The position numbers and the translations under genes are program-made. A stretch of DNA of 64,000 nucleotides from Lophium mytilinum. Taxonomy: Eukaryota. Of this stretch, positions 63,426 to 64,000 are shown one piece after another (the first letter of the stretch is position 1; the number at the start of each line of letters is the position of its first letter). The stretch covers positions 1 to 64,000 of the forward strand of contig MU004190.1 in NCBI GenBank assembly GCA_010093605.1, written 5' to 3'. The notes below the pieces were generated by a model. It had not been told where the DNA came from and ran no database searches. It saw only the letters and a list, made by a program, of their open reading frames with translations.

Positions 63426-64000
63426 ATGGACGCCTTTCAAAAAACCACTGGTGGTGTTGTGGCTGCTTTAAGGGAATCGGCGAAGGAGATGCCTCCATTG
63501 AACGAGTATCAGCTTTGTGCAGTAATAGCTGCTCTTGTAAGTACTCAAAGGAGCCTGATCTTTGTAGAATCAAGGCGGTGTTGAGATGCATTTGCTAATC
63601 GTCCCTCCAGAGCACACATGCACTCTTCCAGCTCCATGAATTCCAGCCTATGGATGTTCTTTTCGCATTCTCTGCTCTGAATCTTGGTCTAAGACTGTTT
63701 CTCGACAAGCAAAGCACTGAGACTGGCATTGTTGCTTTACAGGCCCAGCTCAATCTGATCTACTTCGTTTCGCTTTTGTAAGAGACTTTTGATTGCTACA
63801 GAGTTTAGTCATACTGACTATCCTAGCACATCAATATCCATCTACCGACGATTCTTCCACCGTACCAGACGATACCCAGGTCCCTTCTTAGCTTCAATCA
63901 CGAAATGGTGGGCATGGGGCGTCGTCTACAAGGGCGAGTATCACCGCACTGTGCGGGCTCTGCACGACTCTACCAAGAGCGACATCGTCCGCGTCGGACC
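63426..64000 (+). CDS. Cytochrome P450, N-terminal part (runs off the window)
   Basis: Membrane anchor, then IYRRFFH...YPGPFLA..T.W...LH....DIVRVGP, the typical fungal P450 N-terminus; two introns. The heme motif is not in the window. Confidence 0.8.

Noticed and set aside
1..64000. tRNA or rRNA genes
   Set aside because: No cloverleaf with A/B boxes or rRNA-like sequence noticed by eye; tRNAscan-SE would be needed to exclude them.

Overview
Left end of a filamentous ascomycete chromosome (Pezizomycotina; Dothideomycete-like is my inference) with spliceosomal genes. Zone 1 (1-11 kb) is subtelomeric. It holds a (TAACCC)n telomere, a RIP-like tract, a 58-bp tandem array, an AT-hook + GIY-YIG-like nuclease gene broken by one TAG, an intact HET-domain gene, an orphan dehydrogenase last exon and a GRE2-like pseudogene with several lesions. 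Zone 2 (11-34 kb) holds conserved genes: F-box, NCR1/NPC1, a DUF2433-type phosphoesterase, KAP123 with an intronic snR71-like C/D snoRNA, a PTH11-like membrane protein and a TRI12-like MFS pump. Zone 3 (36-64 kb) is accessory metabolism. It includes a dense cluster of at least 12 genes with no PKS/NRPS visible, probably catabolic: esterase, flavocytochrome b2-like enzyme with PTS1, TfdA-like dioxygenase, cyclase-family hydrolase, sugar porter, 3 SDRs, bicupin, P450 and 2 TFs. One TF has 2 C2H2-type fingers plus 2 Zn2Cys6 clusters. The cluster promoters share CCGGAAYT and TGCGGGG motifs. Gene models were spliced by eye and family calls come from motif recognition, not database searches.
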